From: Candidatus Magasanikiibacteriota bacterium
GTDB taxonomy: Bacteria; Patescibacteriota; Patescibacteriia; Magasanikbacterales; GWA2-37-8
Assembly (NCBI GenBank): GCA_041665405.1
Contig: JBAYIZ010000001.1
Span: 90,618 to 154,617, forward strand
Reading direction: 5' to 3'
DNA length: 64,000 nucleotides
This document shows, in pieces, positions 33,683-42,891 of the stretch; the stretch's first letter is position 1; each line of letters begins with the position of its first letter. A model generated the notes under the pieces. The model made no database searches, had not been told where the DNA came from, and was given only the letters and a program-made list of their open reading frames with translations. The translations under genes and the position numbers were made by a program.

Positions 33683-33798
33683 ACTTTATAGTTTAATCAA
33701 AAAAACATCTCGACAAAATCGGGATGTTTTTTTGCTGAAGTATATGGATGTTATCAATATTTTGTAAAATATATAAAATATGATATAATATCGCCACT

Positions 33799-36747
33799 AT
33801 GAATATTCGTTGGTTTGAAGATCTGACAATTAAAGACATTCCCTCTGTTGGTGGCAAAAACGCCTCATTGGGAGAGATGTATTCCAAATTGACCAAAAAG
33901 GGGATGAAAGTTCCCAATGGTTTTGCGTTGACCTCAAAGGCCTATTGGAGTTTTATTAAAGAAAATAAGTTGGATAAAAAAATTAAAGAAATTTTAAAAA
34001 ATCTGGATGTTAAAAATGTACGGGCATTATCCGCGGCTGGTGGAAAAGTGCGTAAACTTATTTTGGATGCGAAATTTCCAAAAGACATTGAGAAAGATAT
34101 TTCAAAGGCCTATAAAGATTTAACCAAAAAATCCAAGAAAAATGTTTTGGATGTGGCGGTGCGTTCATCTGCCACAGCTGAAGATTTACCAGATGCAAGT
34201 TTTGCTGGACAGCAAGAAACATATTTAAATGTGCGTGGTGAAAAAGAATTATTGTTGGCTTGCAAAAAATGTGTGGCCTCATTGTTTACCGATCGCGCGA
34301 TTTCATATCGTGAAGCCAAAGGGTTTGATCACCTCGCTGTTGCATTGTCTGTCGGTGTTCAAGAAATGGTGCGTAGTGATTTGGGTGCATCGGGCGTAAT
34401 GTTTACTTTGGACACTGAATCTGGTTTCAAAGGTGTGGTTTTGGTTAATGCTTCATATGGTCTAGGTGAATATGTGGTAAAGGGCCGAGTAACACCGGAT
34501 CAATTTTATGTTTTCAAAGATGGAGTAAAAAATGGTTTTAAATCTATTATTTCTCATCGTTTGGGTAGCAAAGAAGTGAAATTAATTTATGGAAAAATCG
34601 GCACCAAACAAGAAAAAGTAAAAATTGTTGACCAAAAACAATATTGCCTGACCGATGATGAAGTGATTCAGCTTGCCAAATGGGGTGTGGAGATTGAAGA
34701 GCATTATGGTCATGCGATGGATATCGAATGGGCCAAAGACGGTGTGACTGGCAAATTGTATATTGTGCAGGCCCGCGGAGAGACCGTGAAATCACAAGAA
34801 AAACAAACCTATATTGAGACCTATGTTTTGCAGAAAAAGGGTGATGTATTGGTAGAGGGTGCAAGTGTCGGACAAAAAATCGGACAAGGTAGAGCGCACA
34901 TTATCAATTCACCAAAACAGATGAAAGAGTTCAAGGCTGGTGAAGTATTGGTGACTAGAATTACTGATCCAGATTGGGAGCCGATTATGAGATTAGCTAG
35001 TGCTATTGTCACCGAACAGGGTGGCAAAACTTCGCACGCCGCGATTGTGTCGCGTGAGTTGGGAGTTCCTTGTATTGTTGGCGCCAACAAAGCCAGACAA
35101 ATTATCAAAAACGGTCAAGAAATTACCGTGTCATGTGCGGAAGGTGAAGTGGGTTTTGTATACAAAGGCCATTTACCATTTAGTGTAGAGCGCGCGGAAT
35201 TGAAAAATTTGCCGGTGACCAAAACCAAAATCATGATCAATGCGGGTAATCCAGATAGTGCGTTTGCGTTGTCGGCGATTCCAAATGATGGAGTTGGTCT
35301 AGCTCGTGAAGAATTTATTTTTACAAATTTTATCAAAATTCATCCGTTGGCTTTGGTACATTTCAAAGATTTGCAAGATAAAAAAGCTAAGGCACGAATC
35401 GAAGAATTAACAGTAGGGTATAAAGACAAATCACAATATTGTGTGGACAAACTAGCCGAAGGTATCGCTTTCTTGGCCAGTGCTTTTCATCCTCATGATG
35501 TGATTGTGCGTTTGTCTGATTTTAAAACCAATGAATATGCCACATTGATTGGTGGAAAAGAATTTGAACCGCACGAAGAAAATCCGATGATGGGTTGGCG
35601 TGGTGCGTCTCGTTATTATGATCCCAAATATAAACCTGGTTTCAAACTAGAATGTGCGGCCTTGAAAAAAGTGCGCGAGGTTTGGGGATTAAAAAATATT
35701 ATTGTGATGGTGCCATTTTGTCGCACTGTAGAAGAAGGCAAAAAAGTTTTGGATACGATGAAAGAATTTGGATTGGAACGCGGTAAAGACGGATTGCAAG
35801 TATATGTAATGTGCGAGATTCCATCCAATGTAATTTTGGCCAAAGAATTTGCACAGATTTTTGATGGATTTAGTATTGGCAGTAACGATCTCACTCAATT
35901 GACTTTGGGTGTGGACAGAGATTCGTCTTTGGTGTCGCATGTGTATGATGAAAATAACATGGCGGTCAAAACCTTGATCCGTCAAGTGATTCAAGTGGCA
36001 CATCAATACAAACGCAAAGTCGGAATTTGCGGACAAGCGCCAAGTGATTATCCAGAGTTTGCAGAATTTTTGGTGCAGGAGGGGATAGATAGTATTTCTC
36101 TCAATCCAGATACAGCTTTGAAAACTCGTACACGTATTGCAGCTATGGAAAAGAAAGTGGGTAACAGTAAAGGCAAGGCGTTCAAAGTTGCTTTGGCGGC
36201 GAAGTCGTTGCTCGTGTTGGGTGTAGTTGGTTTGACCTCAATTTTGGGAGGATATGGTTGTCAGACGGTGAATAATCAGACGGTGGCAGACAATCTCAAA
36301 GTTTCTATGCAACAACAGGTTTTGGAAATCAAAGCACAGTTGCGACAAGAAATTGTAAATGAGTTGGCCAAACAATTACCAACTGAATCCATTTATACTG
36401 ATGATAGTTTTGTAAAAATAAAATTAAAATATCCGAATGTTTGGCAGACCAATCGCTGGGAGGACGGAGTGAAATTTATGAATGCGGATGAATCGCAATA
36501 TCTGATGGTGTTTGTACAAAAGATGGGGCATCCAGTACCTGAGGAAAAAATTTCGACTACTACCTGGAATGGATATCCGGCGAAACGATTGCAAGATGGT
36601 AGCCAAAAGGATGGCACACCGTATGAAGTGCTAGAAGTTTATCCATTGGGATATAAAAAAACTAGTGAGATAATCGAGTTGCGTGGTGATCCTGCGACAT
36701 TTGAAAACAGTTTAAAAAATATTTTAGAGTTTTCGGTGCCAAAATAA
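33799..36747 (+). CDS. ppsA: Phosphoenolpyruvate synthase with C-terminal TM and extracytoplasmic extension
   Basis: VGGKNASLGEM, RSSATAEDLPDASFAGQQET, GGKTSHAAIVSRE, SIGSNDLTQ; ~190 extra residues. Confidence 0.95.
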   Translation: MNIRWFEDLTIKDIPSVGGKNASLGEMYSKLTKKGMKVPNGFALTSKAYWSFIKENKLDKKIKEILKNLDVKNVRALSAAGGKVRKLILDAKFPKDIEKDISKAYKDLTKKSKKNVLDVAVRSSATAEDLPDASFAGQQETYLNVRGEKELLLACKKCVASLFTDRAISYREAKGFDHLAVALSVGVQEMVRSDLGASGVMFTLDTESGFKGVVLVNASYGLGEYVVKGRVTPDQFYVFKDGVKNGFKSIISHRLGSKEVKLIYGKIGTKQEKVKIVDQKQYCLTDDEVIQLAKWGVEIEEHYGHAMDIEWAKDGVTGKLYIVQARGETVKSQEKQTYIETYVLQKKGDVLVEGASVGQKIGQGRAHIINSPKQMKEFKAGEVLVTRITDPDWEPIMRLASAIVTEQGGKTSHAAIVSRELGVPCIVGANKARQIIKNGQEITVSCAEGEVGFVYKGHLPFSVERAELKNLPVTKTKIMINAGNPDSAFALSAIPNDGVGLAREEFIFTNFIKIHPLALVHFKDLQDKKAKARIEELTVGYKDKSQYCVDKLAEGIAFLASAFHPHDVIVRLSDFKTNEYATLIGGKEFEPHEENPMMGWRGASRYYDPKYKPGFKLECAALKKVREVWGLKNIIVMVPFCRTVEEGKKVLDTMKEFGLERGKDGLQVYVMCEIPSNVILAKEFAQIFDGFSIGSNDLTQLTLGVDRDSSLVSHVYDENNMAVKTLIRQVIQVAHQYKRKVGICGQAPSDYPEFAEFLVQEGIDSISLNPDTALKTRTRIAAMEKKVGNSKGKAFKVALAAKSLLVLGVVGLTSILGGYGCQTVNNQTVADNLKVSMQQQVLEIKAQLRQEIVNELAKQLPTESIYTDDSFVKIKLKYPNVWQTNRWEDGVKFMNADESQYLMVFVQKMGHPVPEEKISTTTWNGYPAKRLQDGSQKDGTPYEVLEVYPLGYKKTSEIIELRGDPATFENSLKNILEFSVPK

Positions 36748-36761
36748 TAATATAAGGATAA

Positions 36762-36802
36762 AAAAGGCACGGCCAAAAGTAACTTTTGGCTGTGCCTTTT
36801 TT
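36762..36802. terminator. Bidirectional intrinsic terminator
   Basis: AAAAGGCACGGCCAAAAG-TAA-CTTTTGGCTGTGCCTTTT. Confidence 0.8.
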
Positions 36803-36805
36803 GAT

Positions 36806-38620
36806 TTATATAATACATAATTTAACGTTTCCCATCACGTGTAATTCAGACATTGCGCGAGTGAGGGCTACGTATAGTAAATCATGTTGCACTTTTTTGA
36901 ATTCTTCTGTTACCCCAGATGGCAATCCGTCCACATCAAACGAGCGTTCATTTATCCCGACCAAACAAACTGTTTCAAACTCCACACCCTGTGCTTCCTG
37001 CATACTTAGACAGCGCACGTTTTTATTATCTTTAAATATTTTTTTGAATTCATCCAGATATTCTTTTTCTTTAGCCAGTATGCCGATGGTACCATTATCC
37101 ATGGTGTTTAGAATTTGTTTTATCTGTCCAATTTCTTGTTCCTTTGTTTCGAAAACATATTCCATCACTGGTTGGCCATCTTTTATTTCTACTGGGATAG
37201 AAACCGTGTATCCCAAACCGCGAATATAATTTAAAATTTGTTTGGTGTTGCGATAAACTTTTTGCAGAGATACCAAGCGTTCGTTTTCAATGTTTTCCCC
37301 GATGTCACTCCAAGCCGTTATCGTACCTAGTTGGGTTTGTTGGGCGAGGTCACCAACATATACCACAGATTCCAGGCGATGGTTTTGGCAATTTTTTAGT
37401 AATGCTAGTTGTTCTGGTAAATAATTTTGGAATTCATCTACAATCGTCAAATTATATTGCACTGGAAAAGCTTTGTTTTTCTTGCGGTAGGTGCCTTTGG
37501 CAGATTGTTCGTAATAATCACTTTTGATAGTAAATTGTCCAAAAGTTTTGAGGTAACATTTTAATAGAATAGTAAGATCAAAACGATCTAGTACTAGTTC
37601 GTTTTTTTGTTTAGCAAAAAGTTCAAATTGTGACTTATCAAAATTTGAATAAACTTTTTGAAGTAGTCCCCAAATATTTTTGTTATAATTTAATTCTGTT
37701 GGTAATTGTCTCAAGGTAGTGAGCTTTTTATATTCATACAAATTTCTTTCTTTCTCATTTGATCCATAACGAGTGGTCACTCTATAATTTTCTCCCAAAT
37801 TTAATATCGTAAACGCCCACTCTGCGAAGGTGATAATATTCACTCCACGTATTCCAAGCTCTGGTAATAGATGCGAGAAGTATTCTCTGGTACCGGCATC
37901 TTGAACCAACACCAAAATTGCATCAGTAGGGAATAGTTCGGTAGTTTCTGGGGATTGCATTAGATAGGCGACACGATGCAATGCCATCGTTGTTTTGCCT
38001 GAACCGGCTGGACCGGAAATTAAAAACGGACCGCGATAGGAGGTGCGCACTATTTGGTCTTGGGCTTTTTCCATTTGTTCGACTACTTCTGGCAATACAA
38101 AGCCAGCTTTTTGGCGGGTAAAATGTTCTTGATAAATTAATTCTCTTGGGTGTTCTGTGCTCTCGGTGGAAAGAAAAATTAATTTTCCATCCACAATCAT
38201 GTATTGGTCTTTGCTGAGCAATTTTCCAGATTGTGTTTTACCATCTGGTCGGGTGTAAGAGGCTGGTCCAGGATCTTCAAAACGTAACATCGCCGCTGGT
38301 GTAATCCATGAATATATTTTTTCATTGCTAAACGAAAATTTGGCGAAATACATTATCTTATTCTCGCCATTTATTTCAAATTCACAGCGGGTGAAATATG
38401 GTGAAGGATAAAGCTGTTTCAAATTTTCTACCTGTTCTTGATTGTGAGCAGCGAGTTTTTGTTGTGCTATAGCATCGCCAGGTAACATGTTGATGGCCGA
38501 CTTTTTCATCACCGATCCTTTTGCTTCGCGATGAATAATATCATCGGTAATTTTTTTGCGAATATCGCCAATGTGTTCTCGCGATTGTTCAAGTAGTATT
38601 TTCTTTTGTTCTTCATTCAT
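36806..38620 (-). CDS. HelD/UvrD-like SF1 helicase-family ATPase
   Basis: SPYF, GPAGSGKTTMALHRVAYL, VDEFQ, VGDLAQ, YRNT, AQGVEFE, YVALTRA. Confidence 0.85.
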   Translation of the reverse strand: MNEEQKKILLEQSREHIGDIRKKITDDIIHREAKGSVMKKSAINMLPGDAIAQQKLAAHNQEQVENLKQLYPSPYFTRCEFEINGENKIMYFAKFSFSNEKIYSWITPAAMLRFEDPGPASYTRPDGKTQSGKLLSKDQYMIVDGKLIFLSTESTEHPRELIYQEHFTRQKAGFVLPEVVEQMEKAQDQIVRTSYRGPFLISGPAGSGKTTMALHRVAYLMQSPETTELFPTDAILVLVQDAGTREYFSHLLPELGIRGVNIITFAEWAFTILNLGENYRVTTRYGSNEKERNLYEYKKLTTLRQLPTELNYNKNIWGLLQKVYSNFDKSQFELFAKQKNELVLDRFDLTILLKCYLKTFGQFTIKSDYYEQSAKGTYRKKNKAFPVQYNLTIVDEFQNYLPEQLALLKNCQNHRLESVVYVGDLAQQTQLGTITAWSDIGENIENERLVSLQKVYRNTKQILNYIRGLGYTVSIPVEIKDGQPVMEYVFETKEQEIGQIKQILNTMDNGTIGILAKEKEYLDEFKKIFKDNKNVRCLSMQEAQGVEFETVCLVGINERSFDVDGLPSGVTEEFKKVQHDLLYVALTRAMSELHVMGNVKLCII

Positions 38621-38643
38621 AATATTTTTAAATATATAAAAAT

Positions 38644-38772
38644 TAAAAAAATCCCGATTTTTCGGGATTTGGTCTAATCTGGGCGATTGTAATAATTCAG
38701 TCTAGTATGTTGTGATATATAATCTTTCATACTTTATAAAATGATTATAAATCATGTTTTGGTATTTGTCAA
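38644..38772 (-). promoter_or_regulatory. Promoter, leader peptide and terminator (attenuator) upstream of HelD-like gene
   Basis: TTGACA-17-TATAAT; uORF 38730-38674 MKDYISQHTRLNYYNRPD*; AAATCCCGA-AAAA-TCGGGATTT + T tract. Confidence 0.75.
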
Positions 38773-39017
38773 GAAAAACAAAAACCGCCCTTGCCTAAAT
38801 TCGGAAAATTCATTCTGAACTTGGGCAAGTTGGGCGGTCGATGTGTCTGACCATTTCCTCCTTGTCGGCTCGGGTGAGCCATATGTACATCCTTGCGGAC
38901 GGAACGACGGTCAGCGTCGCTCTACCCCACCGTATTTCGGAGGATGGGGTGTTTGATATTAGCCTTTCGCTTCCACGGCGTCAGCAAGCTTTTGTTCAAG
39001 CGTGCGAAATCGGGCCT

Positions 39018-39524
39018 CTACTTCTTGCCGCGGAAGCGTTGGAGCACCTTCTTGTTGATGCTGTATTTCGAGGGCACGGTGCCCTCGAGGCAGGCTCTCG
39101 CGACCGCTTCGCTCGGGAAGAGCCGCACCCACGTACGGCGTTGCACCTGCAGCTTTTCGAGGATCACTCGTTTGCCGTTGGTGAAGCCGTCCATTCCGAA
39201 GAGGCTCTCATCCGTGAGAGTGATCTCGCGACGGACCTGCTCCGTGCCGATGTCCTCGTCGAAGTAGAGCTTGCCGAAGTCCATCAAGTCGCCGGCGTCG
39301 CGGAACTGATCGACCATGGTGGGCTCGAGCCCCGGAACGAGCGACATCATGAAGCTCTGCAACCGCTCGGCTTCGAAGATTCCCTCCTTGGGAGCGACGA
39401 CGAAGCTCATCGTCTGGCTCCAGTAGCCGTCCCTGTGGGGGATGTAGTTGATGTCGCAGCAGTTCACCACGACGATGGACGTGTTCCCCTCGAGAGCTTC
39501 GCGAACCTGCGAGAGTTTGTTCAT
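39018..39524 (-). CDS. GC-rich hypothetical protein
   Basis: GGGAG SD before ATG 39524; G/C third-position bias in this frame. Confidence 0.75.
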   Translation of the reverse strand: MNKLSQVREALEGNTSIVVVNCCDINYIPHRDGYWSQTMSFVVAPKEGIFEAERLQSFMMSLVPGLEPTMVDQFRDAGDLMDFGKLYFDEDIGTEQVRREITLTDESLFGMDGFTNGKRVILEKLQVQRRTWVRLFPSEAVARACLEGTVPSKYSINKKVLQRFRGKK

Positions 39525-39586
39525 CTTTTGATCTCCCTTCGAAGTCTTATCCATGCGTTCGGGTACGCTTGGATGTGGTGATTTGG

Positions 39587-39707
39587 TTCAAAGAACTCAA
39601 AACAGTATTTCGCCCGATCTGCTTCGACGACTTAGGGCGTTACAAAGATAACGAACTAAATCGTCAAAACAACTTGTAATGTTACCATAAAAATGAGCTT
39701 TCGTCAA
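39587..39707 (-). promoter_or_regulatory. Sigma70 promoter and boxA-like motif for GC-rich gene
   Basis: TTGACG-17-TAACAT with extended TG; GTTCTTTGAA at 39596-39587. Confidence 0.65.
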
Positions 39708-39765
39708 CCCCCTTGCCCTAAAGTAAAAGCACACTATCGTAATAGTGTGCTCTATCTAAAAAATT

Positions 39766-39788
39766 TGGCGGGTCGGACGGGACTCGAA
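39766..39788 (-). repeat. Duplicated 3' end of tRNA-Asp (att-like site)
   Basis: TGGCGGGTCGGACGGGACTCGAA identical to 40925-40947. Confidence 0.9.
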
Positions 39789-40086
39789 ACCTTCCTCCAC
39801 ACCTTATAGATTAGCAAAAAAATATGTATTTTGCTAAGACTACACATTATTCATTATCGTTGTTAGTCATTGTTAGTATCAATTAGTAAACTTTCGTCAC
39901 CTTTTTGGGCAACCGGTGGGCAACACTTCTGGAGGAGGTGACGAGGTTTATTAAAAACAGATATAAAAAAACCGCCAACCACTCTGTCCTATATACAATA
40001 TTATAATTATATACAAAACAGTTCGGTGGTCGGCGGTCTCTTTCAAGCCCGCCAACTCCTTACTGCGTCCTTTCGGGCTAGCTGGA

Positions 40087-40695
40087 CTAGCGGGGCCTGC
40101 GGGGGATCTCGACGCCGAGGAGGTGCTCGAGGAGGGTGATGTCGAGAATGGTCATCCCCAGCGGTCCGAATGGCATGTCGATGGACGGACGACGGTCATC
40201 GACGGGCGCGTCGTTGATGGGCAGACCGGCCGCCATCATCTGCTTGAGGAGCATGATGCCGTCGAGGACATGCATCACAACTTCTCGCGAGTTGATGAGA
40301 TTGGCCACCTTCTCCAGGCCTTCGGCCATGCTGTGGATCTCCTTGCTGAATGCGCCGTCTTCGCGGACGATCTGGCCACGAGGGGTGGGGTAGGAGCCAT
40401 CCTTGCATACCGCGAAGCGGAACGCCGGCATGAAGTCCGCGAAGAATTCGTACGCGGACACCTTCTCGAACACCTTCTCGATCGTCTGGCAAACGCCAGC
40501 TTCTTCGATCTGCGCGAGGATGTCCAGCATCTCCTGCTCTTCGATCTTGCCGTCGTTAGCCACTGCTTGCAGCGTGGCCTTGGCGTTCTCGATGAAGAGG
40601 AGTGTACCTTCCAAGGGGACGCCTTCCAGGTGGATCTCGCCATAGGCGATACCCAGCTCATTGAGCAACTTCTGCTTTTTCCCGACGATGAACAT
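40087..40695 (-). CDS. GC-rich hypothetical protein
   Basis: GGAG SD 6 nt before ATG 40695 (MFIVGKK); G/C third-position bias. Confidence 0.78.
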   Translation of the reverse strand: MFIVGKKQKLLNELGIAYGEIHLEGVPLEGTLLFIENAKATLQAVANDGKIEEQEMLDILAQIEEAGVCQTIEKVFEKVSAYEFFADFMPAFRFAVCKDGSYPTPRGQIVREDGAFSKEIHSMAEGLEKVANLINSREVVMHVLDGIMLLKQMMAAGLPINDAPVDDRRPSIDMPFGPLGMTILDITLLEHLLGVEIPRRPR

Positions 40696-40820
40696 GGCTG
40701 TCTCCAGAGCAGAACATCCACGCATCACGCGTGCCCTCTTCGATGTTACTCCGTTGAATGGAAGGTTGTGAGGGGGGAGAAAAATCCTTTTTTAGACTCT
40801 TTTCCCCGCTCATAACTCTG

Positions 40821-40869
40821 ATTTAAAAGAACAATATAATACATTCTCACAAAAAGAGGTAAAAGTCAA
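40821..40869 (-). promoter_or_regulatory. Sigma70-like promoter plus boxA-like motif
   Basis: TTGACT, degenerate -10 (TGAGAATGT), then TGTTCTTTTAAAT; aligns with 25324-25372. Confidence 0.6.
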
Positions 40870-40924
40870 GTATATAAACAAAAAAGCACTTTCTTTCGAA
40901 TGGTGCTCTTTATGCGAAACTCCC

Positions 40925-41001
40925 TGGCGGGTCGGACGGGACTCGAACCCGCAACTTCTGCCGTGACAGGGCAGTGCTCTAACCAGTTGAACTACCGACC
41001 C
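40925..41001 (-). tRNA. tRNA-Asp(GTC)
   Basis: GGGTCGG acceptor, CTGCC-CTGTCAC-GGCAG anticodon arm, GGTTCGAGTCC, encoded CCA. Confidence 0.97.
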
Positions 41002-41024
41002 AATAACCCAAGTCAGTAATCCTA

Positions 41025-41072
41025 CCGTGACAGGCTCGCCTAGGCGAGTCTAGCCAGTTGAACTACCGACCC
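41025..41072 (-). pseudogene. Degenerate 5' half of tRNA-Asp with a palindrome inserted
   Basis: GGGTCGGTAGTTCAACTGGCTAGA..CCTGTCACGG matches the tRNA; CTCGCCTAGGCGAG replaces part of the anticodon stem. Confidence 0.8.
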
Positions 41073-41172
41073 AAATTTTACTTGTTTCATTATAATAAAG
41101 AAAAGCGGTTTAGTCAATAGGTCTAAAAACAAAAAACCTGTCATGCTTGGACAGGTTTCCTGTTTAAACTGT

Positions 41173-41508
41173 TTATTGGTTTGCTGGAATAGTAGTGGTT
41201 GGAGCGGGGATATTCTGTTCCAAGACGGGAATATTTTGTCCAACGGGTCCTGTACAGTTCGCAGTACCGTTTTGAAAGTTCTTGAAATTTCTTTCACCGC
41301 CTCTTTGTCCACGTCCGCGCATCATCTGATTAAAGCCAGCTTTCTGATTGTTGAATCCGTATTGCTCACCACGATGATATCCTGCGAATCTTCCAGATGC
41401 CATACCAGCACAAAATACTAACACTAATACCACTGCACCAATTAACCAATATAACCAGTTTTTTGGATTGTGGCACCACTGACAAAATTTATTTCCTGTA
41501 TTTTCCAT
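41173..41508 (-). CDS. Hypothetical single-TM protein with Gly/Arg/Asn-rich tail
   Basis: 111-aa ORF, hydrophobic segment; terminator hairpin at 41132-41166 downstream. Confidence 0.65.
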   Translation of the reverse strand: MENTGNKFCQWCHNPKNWLYWLIGAVVLVLVFCAGMASGRFAGYHRGEQYGFNNQKAGFNQMMRGRGQRGGERNFKNFQNGTANCTGPVGQNIPVLEQNIPAPTTTIPANQ

Positions 41509-41588
41509 AGAGTATATTATGTAAATGAAAGTTCGAGTGATCGACTTCTATATATAATACAGACGAGGGTATATATTTATTTCAAATA

Positions 41589-41685
41589 ACAAAAAAGGTC
41601 CTAGGAGTGTTCAGGCTAAGCAATAAGCAAAGGAGGGGGTGCTTACACTTAACCGAACACTCTCAGGACCTTTTTATTTTTGATG
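41589..41685 (-). ncRNA. Candidate hairpin small RNA with anti-Shine-Dalgarno loop
   Basis: TTGACA-17-TATAAT at 41719-41691; long stem, loop CCCCCTCCTT, ends in T tract; no ORF. Confidence 0.7.
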
Positions 41686-41748
41686 TTCTAATTATATCAA
41701 CCAGTTTCAACCGTGTCAAACATTCTGGTTGTGGATAAGATTGTCCAA

Positions 41749-42096
41749 TTATTTTTTTACTGCTTCTACCAATTTTGCAAATACAGCTGGGTAGTTCAAA
41801 GCCAATTCGGACAACACTTTGCGATCCAATTCGATGTTGGCTTTTTTTAGCAAGTTGATAAACTTACTATAAGACAAATCGTATTTGCGTACAGCGGCGT
41901 TCAAGCGGATGGACCACAAAGCGCGGGCAGTACGTTTCTTTTTGCGACGATCAACAAATGCATGTTGGCCGGCTTTCATTTTGGCTACTTTGGCAACTTT
42001 GATTTTGGATTTGCGACCCCAGCGGAAACCTTTGGTGTGCTTCAAAATCCCAGCTCTGCGTTTGCGGTGCAATAGACCGCCTTTAATTCTGGTCAT
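41749..42096 (-). CDS. rplT: 50S ribosomal protein L20
   Basis: MTRIKGG, DRRKKKR, LWSIRLNAA, LDRKVLSELA. Confidence 0.97.
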   Translation of the reverse strand: MTRIKGGLLHRKRRAGILKHTKGFRWGRKSKIKVAKVAKMKAGQHAFVDRRKKKRTARALWSIRLNAAVRKYDLSYSKFINLLKKANIELDRKVLSELALNYPAVFAKLVEAVKK

Positions 42097-42106
42097 AGTT
42101 TAAAAA

Positions 42107-42301
42107 TTAGTTAGGTAATGTAATTTGAATAACGCGATTTACTGTCGGACTCAAGACAGTATCGGATTTCTTATTACGTCCTACCTTGCCGTTTTCACGG
42201 GAATTAAAATGATTTTGTCCGGCTGTGCGTTTGATAACTTTTCCATTTTTGGTCACACGAAATCTTTTCGATGTACCTTTGTGTGTCTTTAACTTTGGCA
42301 T
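42107..42301 (-). CDS. rpmI: 50S ribosomal protein L35
   Basis: MPKLKTHKGTSKRFRVT; infC-rpmI-rplT order. Confidence 0.96.
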   Translation of the reverse strand: MPKLKTHKGTSKRFRVTKNGKVIKRTAGQNHFNSRENGKVGRNKKSDTVLSPTVNRVIQITLPN

Positions 42302-42311
42302 ACATTATGAA

Positions 42312-42857
42312 TTAATTTTTTACAATAATAACAGTAATTTTGTTTCCTTGTCTTTCTGTCGGCTGTTCAAATCTGGTATTTATTTCAGCATTTATTTCGG
42401 CAAGGAATTTTTTCAAACTTTCAAAGGCCAATCCAGCCTGTTGATTTTCGCGACCGCGTAAAACTATTTCTATTTTTACTTTGTCGCCTTCATTTAAAAA
42501 CTTGATTGTTTGTGTTTTGCGAATATCGATATCGTGTTTGCCGATGCGCAGTGACATGCGTACTACTTTGGTATCTATAACATGTTGGTGAGCTTTGCGG
42601 ATGCGCTGTTCTTTTTCTTGTTGATAACGGAACTGTCCATAGTCCATGATCTTGGCAATCGGTGGTTCAGCCTTTGGGTTGATTACCACCAAATCCAATT
42701 CTTGTTCTCTAGCCATGCGAATAGCATCGGCGGTGTTGAGTACACCCAGTGATGCGCCATCTGTGCCTAGAGTAAAGACTTGTGGATAAGAAATACTTTC
42801 ATTGAATGAAAAGTTTTTCTTTGGTTCTTCTTTTTTTCGTTTGTGCGATATACGCAT
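42312..42857 (-). CDS. infC: Translation initiation factor IF-3
   Basis: LDLVVI, PPIAKIMDYGQFRY, FLNEGDKVK, RGRE. Confidence 0.96.
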   Translation of the reverse strand: MRISHKRKKEEPKKNFSFNESISYPQVFTLGTDGASLGVLNTADAIRMAREQELDLVVINPKAEPPIAKIMDYGQFRYQQEKEQRIRKAHQHVIDTKVVRMSLRIGKHDIDIRKTQTIKFLNEGDKVKIEIVLRGRENQQAGLAFESLKKFLAEINAEINTRFEQPTERQGNKITVIIVKN

Positions 42858-42891
42858 AAGCTAATAAATTTGTCTGATAAAACAGACAATG

